64,000 nucleotides of DNA from Ascidiella aspersa (lineage: Eukaryota): contig OZ004612.1 of the NCBI GenBank assembly GCA_963924565.1, positions 8,866,001-8,930,000 on the forward strand. Reading direction: 5' to 3'. Every line of letters starts with the position of its first letter. Position 1 is the first letter of the stretch. A program made the position numbers and the translations under genes. Positions 62,801 through 64,000 of this stretch are shown piece by piece. The notes below the pieces were generated by a model. It worked only from the letters and a program-made list of their open reading frames with translations. It ran no database searches and was not told where the DNA came from.

Positions 62801-62985
62801 AGTCTCTGGTCGCGGTTAAATTGCTATGTGTTGTTTACCCTAATGGCGGCGTTTTTTGTTGAAGAATGCGTGGCAAGTGTTACGAAACCCTCATTGGACG
62901 AAAGCCACGAGGCCTCTAAATGGTACACCGTGTGGATTCGAAAAGCGTGTGCTTTGTTTATGGTAAATGGATCTTTGCTTTAAAC

Positions 62986-63289
62986 CAGTAGTTCTCAACT
63001 GGGGTGCCGCGGCACACTGGGGTGCCATTTCTAATGCTCAATGGTGCCGCGAGATATTTGAAAATCTTTAGGAATCGGATTTTTGATCAAGTCTTACAAC
63101 TTTTTTGTTATGATTAGAGTGAAATAAACCCAATTATAACTTCCTACGTTGTGTAGAGTTGATGTGTGGTGTTCCAGCTCGGTTTATGGTGACATTCTAG
63201 TAAATTACCGGAAAAATGTTGTAGGGGTGCCGCAAACTATTTGTTATTTCTGAGGGGTGCCGCTAGCTACAAAAGGTAGAGAAACACTG
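62986..63289. mobile_element. hAT (Charlie-like) MITE
   Basis: CAGTAGTTCTCAACT / AGGTAGAGAAACACTG, ggggtgccgc subterminal repeats, degenerate TSD ctttaaac/ccttaaat. Confidence 0.85.
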
Positions 63290-64000
63290 CCTTAAATAGT
63301 GAATCCATTTATATACACAAAAAAATATATCTAAAAGTGTCCTTGCAGATCACGTTATTTAATCAAAAAAATTTAAACAAAACCTTGGGGTTAATTTCAT
63401 TAAAAGGCTTTCGTCGGCTAAGTAAATGTTACCATTGACGGGATGGGTAGGCCCTTAAATGCATATGTGTTGAAGGTTTAACACTTAACACGTGTTAACG
63501 AAATACAAAGGAAAATACAAGGTAAAACGTTTCCTTTAATAGATGACCTTGTGGTCACACCCGAATCTCAAAATTTTGAACGCGACATCGTAAATAATGC
63601 GCCGTACACAAGAAATAAACAGGCAAAAGGGCAGGCGATCTTTGTTTTACTCTACCGCGTCGGGTTTGCGGGTATATAGGTCTCAGAGCAATCTGGCGGG
63701 CCGATGCTAAAAGGTTTAACCTTCGCGTTGTTTTTACAGGATAAACAAGGTCCCCTTTACCTCGCCTGCCAGACCTGTGCCCGTATTCTGCCCTGCCGTT
63801 TCGCCGTGCACCGTTAAAACTGGGTCAAACGCCTCTTTGTGGTGCGAGGTGGTTCGGTTGTTTACATTCTCGGGCGTTCTGGTGTACGCCTTAATAAAAA
63901 CGTGCGGTTGTGCTGCGGTCGGTGTTAAACTGTTAAAATTAATGTCATCGCGGGGGCGTCTACTACAATTCCTTTATGCGGCTCGTTTTTTTTTAATATT

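Noticed and set aside
57-62983. Remaining 60-157 aa ORFs in the supplied track
   Set aside because: Short, overlapping on both strands, often non-ATG and without recognisable domains; expected by chance in GC-richer islands.

Overview
Eukaryotic, animal-like, essentially non-coding 64-kb window. There are no operons and no convincing conventional protein gene. CpG is not depleted and hAT and PIF/Harbinger MITEs are common, so an invertebrate is likely (a tunicate is only a guess). Two things stand out. (1) Five paralogous TATA+Inr units lie about 9-12 kb apart in strictly alternating orientation (A + 13.3 kb, B - 23.9 kb, C + 32.5 kb, D - 44.6 kb, E + 56.5 kb). In four of the five, a strong-Kozak 23-26 aa ORF ends in KYK-TGA. 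This is followed by a variable ~105-120 nt spacer ending in YAG, then a ~250-nt core (about 98% identical among A, C and E), then an AU-rich tail. The core has no codon periodicity and folds into four hairpins, with one compensatory change. (2) The window alternates AT-rich spacers, which hold nearly all the MITEs and tandem repeats, with dozens of 200-600-nt GC-richer islands. Each of the ~20 islands I folded by eye gave nested 7-13-bp stems, with wobble pairs mostly G-U on the + strand. This suggests a very long, multi-domain structured RNA or an array of structured RNAs. All folding and alignment was done by hand and needs computational confirmation.
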